Positions 1-11,895 of a stretch of 64,000 bases of DNA are shown in pieces (positions within the stretch are counted from its first letter, which is position 1; each line of letters opens with the position of its first letter). The notes below the pieces were generated by a model. The model made no database searches. It was not told the origin of the DNA and was given only the letters and a program-made list of their open reading frames with translations. The translations under genes and the position numbers were made by a program. This DNA comes from Torpedo marmorata (Eukaryota): assembly GCA_977017645.1 (NCBI GenBank), contig OZ360221.1, forward strand, positions 112,654,001 through 112,718,000, given 5' to 3'.

Positions 1-193
1 TCCTTTTCTTGTACTTTGATATTGCTGATTTGGAGTGACAATTATAAATCAAGTGTAGGATTAGTTCACTAGTATTATGTTGTTAAGCAGAGGAAATTCA
101 TCTTAATAATGAGATTGTTCTATTTGTTCAGAGAATAGTATAGGTGATGTGGTTTCCATGGTCTTATTTTGCACATTCTTTTTTTATAAAATG

Positions 194-414
194 TTTAGAC
201 ATACAGCACCCCATGCCGCACAATTACACCCAATTGACCTATAACCCCGGTACATTTTTGAAGGGTGGGAGGAAACTGGAGCACCTGGAGGAAACCCACA
301 CAGACACAGGGAGAACGTGCAAAGTCCTTACAGGCAGTGCAGGATTTGAACCCCGGTCCCGATCGCTGGCGCTGTAACAGCGTTGCACTAGCTGCTATGC
401 TAATTGTGCCGTCC
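194..414 (-). mobile_element. HE1-type tRNA-derived SINE (V-SINE)
   Basis: Reverse complement of the element at 30916 and 51109: tRNA-like head with B box GGTTCAAATCC and central GTTCTCCC.GTGTCTG.GTGGGTTT core. Confidence 0.85.
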
Positions 415-2270
415 CTACACCTCATGCACCTTTTCTGCACAATTGGTCACAGAGGCCCTGCTGGTTTGAATTTAATTTGGAGTGATCTGGATTCGAGATT
501 TTATGCTTGCTCCAGGTGATGATTTCACTCCATGCCTTCCTTCAAATTCCTGCTATGCAATGCCCTATAAGGCCTTGTGCATATGTCCATAAGAGTTTCT
601 ACCAGACCAAACAATGAATGTGAAGATTCCTTAGCTCTCTAATGATGGGGAGGTCTGGGTTACTTCTTGGTAGGTTGATTATGACAAATCACTGGAAGAG
701 CATAGACTAATCATTCCTCTGATTTGCTTTATTGTGGCACCTTGATATGTACACATTGGCTACCATATTTACCTAATTAACTGCACTTCTAAATCATTAT
801 TATGTTTTTATGTGAAATATTATGGGACATTCTGTGAGCCTGATTATATAAAAGCAAGTTGGTTCATTCCTGTGAAACTGCAATTTTTTCCCTTCAAATG
901 CTGGTGTTTGGTAAGTTGGGAGGTAACAGTAATTTGAAATTTCTATGTTTTATACATTCAGGATTCAGGTAATAAGCAAAAAGAAGCATTCATACACTAA
1001 GGAATACAAGGAAGAAAATATATCATTATTGCCAGGAGTTATTCTCATCAGAGGTTATAGAAAGGAATTTATTAATATACTTGCAGTTTAAAAAACAAAA
1101 ACACATGATGCAATATAAATGACCCAAAAATGTGCAATCATATTTTAATGAACATGTTTTTATTGAGAAAACCCTGATGGAGTTTAGAAATTTTTATTGT
1201 GACATGATTTAAATTGGAATAGACACAAAATTTGGCCACTGGGCATACATTTTAAAATGCCGCTTTCATACAATCTGATTAAAAAGCTCTCTGAATACCA
1301 AAACTTCAAAGAACAGAGTCATTTGTCTATTCTCTGTCCTGTGACAATACAGGAATGACTCCTAAATCAGGTATGATAATGCTGGACTACCAACGTAATG
1401 CAATAAAATGGCAAATGAAGTCCATTCTCAGAAGACCATTCATGGCACTTCAGTACAACCAATCTATTCCATGTACTCGTGAGTTCTGGATCAGCTGCTA
1501 GAATTTATGACTTGGGAACTGGTCTCGGGTTAGCACTAAATCCTTAGCAGTTTCTTTGCTGCAACCACATGTTCACTGGGGACAAAGCTAAGGCGGCCAA
1601 TTAAAATGAGTTCTAATGTGACCTTTAACAGCTGTCACAGTGATTATTGCTACAGTTATTTGTATGGATCTACTTTTAAACTTGCCGCTATTTTGATGTT
1701 GCAGATTTACATAAGGGCATCATTTTGTGCAAATCTTCAAATTCATTCTGAGATAAAGAAGCAAAGGATGTGGCAATTTTCTGATCTTCTAATACTTTAT
1801 TTGGAAAAAATTATTTGTGTGTTTTAAATATTGTGGCCTGTAGCAACCAGCCTGCCTACAGTAATGTCACAGCTGACACCCAGTAAAATACATTGATGTG
1901 TAGGCAAATGCATCCTGCTGAACTGCACTCATAATTTGATTATAAATTGCACACCAGGGATAGATGATTTATAGCTTGTCAACACCTTACTTGACTTGTG
2001 CTATAATTTCCCTTCATTAGGAGTCTTTCATTATTTTGTTTGCTTTTAACAAAATTAATGCATCTTCATGCTCAAAAATCGTACATGCATGGAGTGAGCA
2101 ATGAATTAATCTTTTGACCTTGGAAGTGAACATGCAAAATGTAGGTAAAAATGCATGAAGAATTCTTGAGTTATTACTGCTATTAGCAATCTGTAAATGT
2201 CAGTTCCTGCAGTAACTGTACTGTTAGACGTGTGCTGAAACACAATTCTATCTTGGCAAATCTTCTACAG

Positions 2271-2354
2271 GCTATCTTTGACCGAAACAGGAAGGACGAG
2301 TTACCAGGCCTTCAGCTGGAATGGATTGATGGGATATGCAAGCCATTGTTTGAG
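2271..2354 (+). CDS. PDE11A: Phosphodiesterase 11A, penultimate coding exon (end of catalytic domain)
   Basis: 84-bp phase-0 exon bounded by ctacAG and GTactt. It encodes [28 protein letters not shown], closely matching vertebrate PDE11A as I recall it ([28 protein letters not shown]). Confidence 0.92.
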
Positions 2355-2649
2355 GTACTTCGAACGAGTCAATACATTGTGATCTTTATATTGTGTTTTT
2401 TCTTCAGTTTTTTCATCTGACTTTCTTAAAAACATTTTTAAAATGTGAAAATAGTAGAAGAGATGTCCAATCCATCATTCTAAAAAAATTGCAATATTGA
2501 TCATAATAAGAATAAAAGTTTGCGTAATTTGGGCAGTGGATCAATTTTCCTTTGCATGATTATTTGAAATGATTCTCAAGCTGTGCCTAAATGATGCGGG
2601 AACAAGTACAATAGAGTTGAAAACTCTGTAGTTTGTCAGGATTTTGTCA

Positions 2650-3660
2650 GGCCACCTCCAACCCCGCGCGCAACAAGGACAGGATTTCCCTTGTCCTCAC
2701 CTACCACCCTACTAGCCTCCGCATCCAACATAACATCCTCCACCATTTCCGCCACCTACTTCATGATCCTACCTCGAGATGCATCTTCCCCTCTCCTCCC
2801 CTCTTCGCCTTCACCTCCGTGACTCCATCGTCTACTCCTCCCTTCTCACCAATCGCCCCCTTGACACCTACCCCTGTGACTGCACTTGCGCCACACCTCC
2901 ACCCTCACCACCATTAAGAGCCCTAAACAGTCCATCCAAGTGAAGCAACACTACACTTATGAATCTGCAGGGGTCATCTACTGCATCTGGTGCTTCTGTT
3001 GTGGTCTCCTCTACATCGGAGAGACTGGACACAGACTGGGAGTCCGCTTCATTCAGCACCTTGGCTCTGTCCACCACAATCGTGGGGATCTCCTAGTGGC
3101 AAGCCATTTCAATTCCCTGCCCCATTTCCATGCTAACATGTCTGTCCATGGTCTCATGCACTTCCAGACTGAGAACACCCACAAATTGGAGGGACAACAC
3201 CTCCTTGGCACCCTCCAACCGGATGGTGTTAACATCGACTTCTTTGGTTTCTGTTACCTCCCCTCCCCTCCCTTTCTATCCCTATTTCTCTTTTCCTCTT
3301 AATCTGTCTTTCCTTCTCTCTTCCCTTTTCCCTCTGTCTCCTTTCCCCCAGCTCTGCATTCACAGAGCCACCCCGTCCCAATAAATTCTCACCTTTCCTC
3401 TCCTGCCCTCCTATCCATGTCCAATTATCACCATTTGTCTGTTGGACTGTGCTCCTCCCTCTACCCTTTCTTTCCTTCTCCCCAGCTTTTTTACTCAGAC
3501 GCTTGCCTAGTTTTTACTCATACCTTGAAGAAGGGCTCAGGCCCGAAAAATCGGTTATATATCTTTATCTCCTATAGAAGCTACAAGACCTGCCGTTCCT
3601 CCAGCATTTCTGTGTTTTTACTACAATCACAGCGTCTGCAGATATTCGTGTTTCGCTCAG
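2650..3660 (+). mobile_element. Penelope-like element, 3' part (GIY-YIG endonuclease and terminal repeat)
   Basis: ORF 2886-3302 contains VIYCIWC..CGLLYIGETGHRLGVRF..H, VASHFNS and LGTLQPDGVNIDF, followed by a pyrimidine-rich tail and a hammerhead-like TTGAAGAAGGGCTCAGGCCCGAAA. Confidence 0.85.
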
Positions 3661-3959
3661 TTTGTCGAGTTTTGATTGGTTACATAATAATTCTGTGATA
3701 GCTGGCCTTGTGATGCCTGAATCACATCTGATTATAAGAACTTTACAATCATTATCGCATTTTGACTTAGAAAGATTGGGATCTTTGCATTTCAGGCTTT
3801 TTGGTTGTGGTTAGCTGTTGCATCAGTTGTATAACACAGTTTAGGAGCCAAGGATCACTGGTGAGGGAGTGAAGAAGGAAAACTAAAGGGGTGAAAACAA
3901 TTTACAGAGGGGAAACCTGAGGAATGAGGAACTTAGATTATGCTTAATACCTGATGATG

Positions 3960-4750
3960 ATTTTAAAACAGAAATCTCTGGAAACACTCAATAGGTCAGA
4001 ATGCATCTGTAAGAAGAGGAAAATTTCATGTTGAAAACCCTTCATCAAAACTGGGAGAGAGAGAAAACAAGTTAATTTTAAGCCACAGATAAGGGATGGA
4101 CAGGATAAAGGAGATTTTTCTGATAGGTTGAGAACAGGATTCCTATTGGGTAAGATGTATAGAAGTTACCTCATTGATCAATGCGAGAAAATGTGTAATA
4201 ATTTAGAGAATGAGAACAGAAACAAAGGAATATAAAAGCTGTAAAACCCAGAGTTGTAGGCATTGTGCAGCAGGAGGCTGTGTTGGGGGAAAGAGAAACA
4301 TTGAGCCAATCTGACAGATGGCTGACCTGCAGCAGAACTGATCAGTTCTGGTAGAGAGGTTGTAGAATTTGATATTGAACCTGGCAGGCTGCAATATGCC
4401 CCAGCAGAAGAGTGTCTTTTATTACTCATGTGCAGGTGGCCACAGACAAATAGGTGCAGAGTGGGTGAAAATCAAAAATACTGCAAATGCCAGAATCTGA
4501 ACCAAAACCAGAACATGCAAGAATACTCAGCAGATTAGGCAGCATATGTGGATTGAGAAACAATTAATCTTTTGGGTCAAGGACACCTTGTTCATTCTGA
4601 TGAAGGATTCTAGCCCCTTAATGTTTACTGCGGAAGAAAAAAAAGAGTTAAATTTGCAGGTTTGATGAAGGGACTTCAACCTCAAACGTGAGCAGTTTCT
4701 CTTTCCACAGATGCTGTCTGACATGCTGGGTATTTCCAACATTTTTTAAA
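3960..4750. mobile_element. Old Penelope-like terminal-repeat fragments in both orientations
   Basis: Degenerate copies of the tgctggaa.aactcagcagg...cagcatc motif and TGATGAAGG hammerhead-like cores on both strands. Confidence 0.5.
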
Positions 4751-5439
4751 AATTTTGTCCTCGATGAGAATGGGATAGAATGTTGAAGAGGCAGGCAGCT
4801 CCTTTCTCCTAATGGTAATTCACAGACCTGCTGACAATTATTGTTAAAGTCTTCACACTCAAACACCTATCACAGCCAAGTTTATTAAATTTATAGTGAT
4901 TGTATTTTCGTAGTAATGTAATGCTTCAATATTCTATCTTTAACCATGAGTTATCCTGTAACCCAAAGAATAAACTGCAACCAAAATCTCCATATATTGT
5001 TCATTGTGCACGGGATCTTCAGTTAATAGACTCAGTCTCATTTCCCAGAATCTTAGTCTCAGGTCCTGCATAGGCAACACATCACTGAACTGAGAGCCTT
5101 GGATAGAGACACTTGGATTTCACATCAAATCTGGAAGGCACACCAGTTAAACAAAACTAAATGAAGCTCTGGAATGTTTGGGGACTGCTTACAGGACATA
5201 TTGACCTGAACTCTGCTCAGAGGCAACATTTCAAGACCATTTCCTGATCTTAGTCTTTCATAAAGTGAAACAAATCACTGCACAGAAACAGGCCATTACT
5301 CCTCTGGCACAACTATGCAATGTGCACTTGATTCTCCCACTCCAAACTGTATTCCATTCCTTCTTGAAATGAAGTTTTTCTTTGCCTCAATTGCTCTAGG
5401 TGGTTAATAACCCTATAGATTAATAGCCCTCAGTTTAGA

Positions 5440-6125
5440 GAAATTTCCTCTCCCCATCCACACATTCCAAATCTCTGCTATCCCTTCATTTCCCCCATTC
5501 CTGGTGCCCATCTCTTCCTGATCTCTGCATTCCTCAGTCTCCATCTCTACCTGACCTCTTCATTCTTCAGTCTCCATCTCTTTCTCTGAAATCTTCTGTT
5601 CCCCATCTGCATCTTTTTCACTTCTTCCCATTTTTATTCTCCACCTCTCCCCTTGGGTCCCATGCTGTTAAATCTAACCCCACTTCCTCATTCCACAGTC
5701 TCTGACTCTCCCTCTAAGTTCTCCTGTTCCCATCTTATCTCATGAGCCTTCCCATTCCCAATCCACCCCAGTCCAATTCCACCTTTCCCAGTCCTTTCCA
5801 TTCTTAAGCTCTATTTCTCTGATTTCCCTCATTCTGCATCTCTACATTTCCCCTGATTTTTCCCGATTTCCCACCCTGGATCTCTCCTACATGTCCCTCA
5901 TTTCCAGTTACTAGCTTCTCATGATTCCCTCCCATCATTTCTCTGATTACCCCATTCTCAGCCTCCGTCCCTCCCAGCTTCCTAAGGATGATCTGTATTC
6001 TTTCTCTGACTCACCAGTTCTCAATTCCGTCTACTTGCTCTTTGTCTTCCATCTCCAGTTTCCACCCCTTCTCTCCTTGACCTTGAATCAATATTTCTTT
6101 CATCCTGACTCTTGAGCCCTGCTCC
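5440..6125 (+). repeat. Pyrimidine-rich low-complexity tract
   Basis: About 700 bp strongly biased to C/T with degenerate ctccatctc/cccattcc units. Confidence 0.6.
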
Positions 6126-6126
6126 A

Positions 6127-7005
6127 TGATCATAAGATCATAAGATAAAGGAACAGAAGTAGGCCACTCGGCCCATCGAATCTGCTCCGCAACTCCACCC
6201 TGAGCTAAACTGTTCTCACATCTAATTCCAATTTCCGGCCTTTTCCCCATATCCCTTGATACCCTGACCAATCAGATACCTATCAATCTCCCCCTTAAAA
6301 TCCCCCAATGATCAGGCCTCCACAGCTGTATGTGGCAATGAATTCCACAAATCCACAACCCCCTGGCTAAAGAAATTCCTCCTCATCTCTGTTCTAAATG
6401 GGTACCTTCTAATTCTAAGACTGTGCCCTCTTGTCCTGGATTCACCCACCAAGGGAAACATCTTATTTCCATCTACTCTGTCCAATCCTTTCAGTATTCG
6501 AAATGTTTCTATGAGATCCCCTCTCATTCTTCTATACTCCAATGAATACAGTCCAAGAGCCACTAAACATTCCTCATATGTTAGCCCTTGCATTCCAGGA
6601 ATCATCCTGGTAAATCTTCTCTACTCTCTCCAACATCATTACATCCCTTCTAAGATGAGGGGCCCAAAACTGAACATAGTACTCCAAATGAGGTCTCACC
6701 AGTGCCCCATAGAGCCTCATCAACACCTCTTTACTCTTATACACTATTCCTCTTGAAATGAATGTCAACATAGCATTCGCTTTCTTTACTGCCGATCCAA
6801 CCTGGTGGTTAACCTTTAGGTTATCCTGCACGAGGACCCCCAAGTCCCTTTGCACTTCTGAATTTTGAATTTTCTCCCCATCCAAATAATAATCTGCCTG
6901 TTTATTTCCTCTTCCAAAATGTACAACCGTGCATTTCTCAACATTGTATCTCATCTGCCATTTCTTTGCCCACTCTCCTAAGCTGTCCAAGTCTCTCTGC
7001 AACCT
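6127..7005 (-). mobile_element. CR1 LINE, 3' fragment
   Basis: Minus-strand ORFs with LVRPHLEYYVQFWAPH and LGLYSLEYRRMRGDLIETF; short tandem tail (cataagat)n. Confidence 0.92.
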
Positions 7006-7774
7006 TTTGGGATAAAAACACACCAAAATGCTGGAGGAACTCAGCCGGTCTTGCAGTGTCCATAGGAGATAAAGATATATTGCCAATGTTTCGGGCCTCA
7101 GTTCTTCAAGGAATAAGCAAAGAATAAGCAAAAAACAGGAAATCTCAGAATAGAGACAGTGCTGGCTCAGGGAGGATCTCCATGATTTGGGAGACAACCC
7201 ACTTTAACCTCCCAGATCTCCTCAATCCCACCCCATTTTGATACCCCCACACCACCTCCATGGTCCTAACATCCACCCCTAAATACTGGCATTCATGGCT
7301 GATTGCACACCATGTGGTCACTGATCCCTTATTGGGGAGTGACCTTGAAGCAACACATTGGTCACAGCAGCAAAATAGGACAAAAACACCTCACCCCTTC
7401 CCCTGAGATGGCCCAGGCAGCTGGGAACAACACATGGAGAAAGGACCCTTGCTTTTTCCAGCAATGCTGGTTGATTTTGACCCCCTTGTTTGAATTAACT
7501 CAATAGCAGTGCTGAGCAAATCTATGACAAGATATGAGGAAGTTGGGAAAGGGGAAAGAACAGCAGTTTTGTATAAATTTTCTTGGCACAAAACTCTGTC
7601 ATTCAAGAGCAAGACCACTGATCCACTAACCCTGTTGTTGTAGAGCGAGCAGGGAATTCTGTTAGGCAACTGATCATTGAGTGACTTGATAGAGTACGGA
7701 TGCTGGTAGGAGCAGAGAAAGGATTGGGGTAGAAATACAGGGTAGATTAGAGAGGGCATTAGAGAGGGCACTAC

Positions 7775-8932
7775 CACCCTTCACCTAGCCCTCACCCACC
7801 TGGAAAATAAGGACGCGTATGTTCGAATGCTGTTTATTGACTTCAGCTCGGCATTCAACACGATCATACCTCAGTACCTGATAGGGAAGTTGAGGGGGCT
7901 GGGCCTAAACTACACCCTCTGTAATTGGATCCTAGACTTCCTGACGGGAAGACCTCAGGCAGTCCGAATTGGAAACAGCACTTCTAAGGTCATTACATTG
8001 AGCACGGGGGCTCCCCAGGGCTGTGTGCTTAGTCCATTGCTGTTCACCCTGCTGACTCATGACTGTGCAGCAAAACACAGCTCGAATCTCATCATAAAGT
8101 TTACTGATGATACAACCGTGGTGGGCCTTATCAGTAAGAACGATGAGTCAGCATACAGAGATGAGGTGCAGTCGCAAATGGAATGGTGCGGAGCCAACAA
8201 CCTGCATCTGAATGTAAACAAAACAAAAGAGTTGGTTGTCGACTTCAGAAGGGCCCGGGGGGATCATTCTCCATTGACCATGGACGGCTCTACCGTTGAG
8301 GTCGTAAAGAGTACCAAGTTTCTTGGAGTGCACTTGGCAGAGAGTCTCACCTGGTCCCTAAACACCAGTTCCATAGTCAAGAAAGCCCAGCAGCGTCTTT
8401 ACTTCCTGCGAAGGCTGAGGAAAGTTCATTTCCCACCCCCTATCCTTACTACATTCTACAGGGTATGTATTGAGAATCTTCTGAGCAATTGCATCACCGC
8501 TTGGTTTGGTAACTGTACCATCTCGGACCGAAAGACGCTGCAGAGGATAGTGAGGTCAGGGGAGAAAATTATTGGAGTCTCTCTCCCCACCAAGACAGAC
8601 ATCTACAACACATGATGCATGAGGAAGGCTAAAAACATTGTGAAGGACTTCTCACACCCCTTTGGTAAACTGTTTTCCCCTTTGCCATCTGGAAGGAGGT
8701 ACCGAAGCACTCGGGCTCGTACGTCCAGACTGTGCAACAGTTTTTTCCCCCAAGCCATCAGGCTCTTCAATTCTTAGATATATATGTGTATTAGCATGTT
8801 ATAGTTTTTCTACTGTATTATGATATTTATGTACATCTGCCCATGGTCCTGGAGAAACGCTACCTCGTCTTACTGTGTATATGGTAATGAACGACAAATA
8901 AACGTGACTTGACTTGATTTGACTTGACTTGA
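7775..8932 (+). mobile_element. Rex1/Babar-type LINE, 5'-truncated RT
   Basis: ORF 7827-8615: [51 protein letters not shown]; ends in AATAAA plus (gactt)n tail. Confidence 0.9.
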
Positions 8933-10048
8933 ATTAGAGAACAGATTGAAGGGGCCACAGGACATTAGAGAAGATTTGGATGGAACTAGTGAGCAGAATG
9001 TAAGGAGGAATGAAATAGCGGATTAGAGAAGGATTGAACTGGAATTACGTAGCTGATTGGATGTTACAGGAGGGATTGGATGAAAATTAGAGATGGTTAA
9101 GGAGAGGTTCATATTAGTCAGAGGGAGGAGTGAGATTGTTTTCATTCAGAAATTAAATCAGAAGTGATAGAGACACAATTGGAGGTGGAGTGGAGGCAGA
9201 GAACATGGGATATGGGCATTGGAGCATTTTGGAAAAAAAATGGGCATATCAAATTCCCCGGCAACTGACCAGATAAAATTGAGGCCTTCTTCACAAAACA
9301 ATCTTTGCATGTGACATCAAAGTGGATTCCAGTGAAAATAGAAAATCCTGGAAATTCTCAGCACGTCAGGCTGCATCGAAAAGAGCTGACATGTTAGTTG
9401 TATGACTCTTCCCACACGTGCTGCCTGACCTGTTTATTTCCAGAATCTGCAGTTTTGAAAACACATTTTTAAAGTGGGTTGCCGGCTGTTTAATGTCATT
9501 GTATGTGCTGGCAGCTTTCTTGCATAGACACATCATATACGCAGAGAACATGTCTTTGAAGAAATACACTCTGCTGTGCTGCATAGCTCCCAGAATTCCA
9601 CTGTGTGCGGTAAAAAATGTGGTATGCGTTAAAATTATTAGCAACTGAAAAGCAGATTGGATAGACCCTCGGAATTTAGAGGTATTCAGGAGCTTGACTG
9701 TTCTTTGTATTTGCATGCTTGTTTAAAAATCTTAGAGTCATACACCAAAATGAATTGTTCTCTCTTTTTTTTTCTCTGATAAACTGCTCATTTTTCTAAT
9801 CTCTGCTGAATGGTGAAGGATATCTTTGTGTAAGGTTGCTCCATCCTGTGGCTAGAGAAGGAATAACATATCCAAATTGATCAAGAAAGGAAAAATAATC
9901 TTAGAGCAATTTGGATGAATTCACCTGGTCACACTCTCATTTGCTATTGCTACCTTCTGAGCAAACACCCATTTAACTTGTCTTCTGTGCAGTACTGCTA
10001 GATATTGAGAGCAAAGAACACCCTAGAGGCAAGGTTAGGATAATATGG

Positions 10049-10182
10049 AGTAAAACACAAAAGTCTGCAGACATCATGATTGAAGTAAAAACGCAATGCT
10101 GGAGAAACTCAGCAGGTCAAACAGTGTACTTTATATAGCAAAGATAAAGATGCATAAACCAACGTTTTGGGCTTAAGCCCTG
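10049..10182 (-). mobile_element. Penelope-like terminal-repeat fragment
   Basis: Reverse complement resembles 3530-3660 (gggct.a.gccc.aaacgttgg ... ctgctgagtttctccagcat ... ctgcagacttttgtg). Similar fragments at ~7012-7150, 14240-14317, 16317-16410 and 31825-32085. Confidence 0.65.
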
Positions 10183-11164
10183 CAAAAGAGAAAAAATGTT
10201 TTACAATACCTGTGGCACAGCCCTCAAGAACCCCAACACCGACCAGTCAATCCATGGTGATGTTTCACTCTGAGTTAAAAGGAATGACAATTAAAACAGT
10301 AGCTTTAATATCCCTCCCTCCCATTGAAAGAGATTGAATTGAATTATTTTGTGTCTGTTTGGTGTCCATTATTTGGCAGCAGTTTGATTGGAGAAGTTCA
10401 TTACTGGGGAGAATGTGATGAATTAATCTGACTCCAAGTTGCATTTTATTGAAACAGAATTCCCTGTATTTGTGGATGTGTTGCTTTTTACCAGATTGCT
10501 TGTGTGTCATTACCATACATAGAGGAATCTTAGGCAGAGTGGATTAGGCTTCTCCAATGGAACCCCCATGAGTCTTTGTTTGAATGAACACCTGTCATTG
10601 TTGAATTCACTTTCTTGATGCCATATTGATTTCTCCAGAAAACGTTGTTGCTGGAGCAGAGGCAGAGGATACAGAGAGCTTACATGTGCTCGTGAGTGCC
10701 AATGCATTCTGCTGGTACAGGGTTACAGTGTACATGAAAATTCTGGAAACATTCAGCAGGCGAGGCAACATCAGAATATAAAAGAGCTTTACAAACAGAA
10801 GCATCTCCTCACTCGCTCCATCATTCAATGAGATTGCAGTCTTTAACTTAAGCACCACTTTCCTGTCCAAATTCCATTTGGGAATGACACTGTGCTAATA
10901 AAAGGTCATTGATCTGAAATTTAATCTTTTTTATCTCTCTCTGCCATTCTCTCGACTTGCCTACCCTTCTCAGCATTTTCATGCTTTTATTTCAGATTTT
11001 CATCCTCCACAATATTTCACTTATGCTTTAAATTCAGGCTTCAGCTAACTTCTGCATTCTCCTATCTAAACAATGCCAGTGTAACTTTCACTAATGATCC
11101 TATCTTTAAAAAAAACACCTGGAGTCAAATCTACTCCATCTAAAACGGGTTGCTCTAATCCCTC

Positions 11165-11895
11165 AATTTAGTGGCTGGATTCTTAACCGTGTGGAGGAAC
11201 AAAGGGATTTTGAGGTCCATAGATCCCTCAAGGTTGCCACACAAGTTAATAGGGTGGTTAAGAAGGCATGCTGGCCTTCATTAGTTGGGGGATTGAGTTC
11301 AAGAGCCGTGAGATGATGTTGCATCTCTATAAAACTCTGGTTAGACCACACTTGGAGTATTGTGTTCAGTTCTGGTCGCTTCATTACAGGAAGAATGTGG
11401 ACGCTTTAGAGGGTGCAGAGAAGATTTCCCAGGATGTTGCCTGGATTGCAGAATGTGTCTTATGAAGCATGGTTGACCGAGCTAGGGCTTTTCTCTTTGA
11501 AGTGACGAAGGATGAGAGTGACTTAATAGAATTATACAAGATTATGCGAGGCATAGGTGGAATTGACAGCCAGCACCTTTTTCCTGGGACATCAATAACA
11601 AATACCAGAGGGCATCTGTTTTAGGTGAGTGAGTAAAGTTTAGGGGAGCCATCAGAGGGAAGTTTTTTTTTGCACAAATAGTGGTGGGTGCCTGAGATGC
11701 AATGCTGAGGGTGGTGGTGGAGGCTAGTACAATAGGGATGTTTAAAGGACTCTTAGATGGGCACATGGATGCAACAAATAAAGAGGGTTGTGAATGTGAG
11801 GTAGGGAAGGATTAGATTGTTGTGAGTAGGTTTACTTAAATCGGCAGAACATAACGTGCCAAAGGGCCTGTTCTGTGATGGTGTTCTCTGTTCAA
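11165..11895 (+). mobile_element. CR1 LINE, degraded 3' fragment
   Basis: LYKTLVRPHLEYCVQFWS motif and CR1-like 3' end (gggcctgttctgtg...ttct). Confidence 0.88.

Noticed and set aside
2232-2420. 62-aa ORF as a standalone gene
   Set aside because: Only 2271-2354 is PDE11A-like and it is bounded by AG/GT; the rest is intron read-through.
5440-9230. Pyrimidine tract (5440-6125) and purine tract (8935-9230) as inverted ends of one element
   Set aside because: Only compositional complementarity; no alignable sequence or TSD seen.
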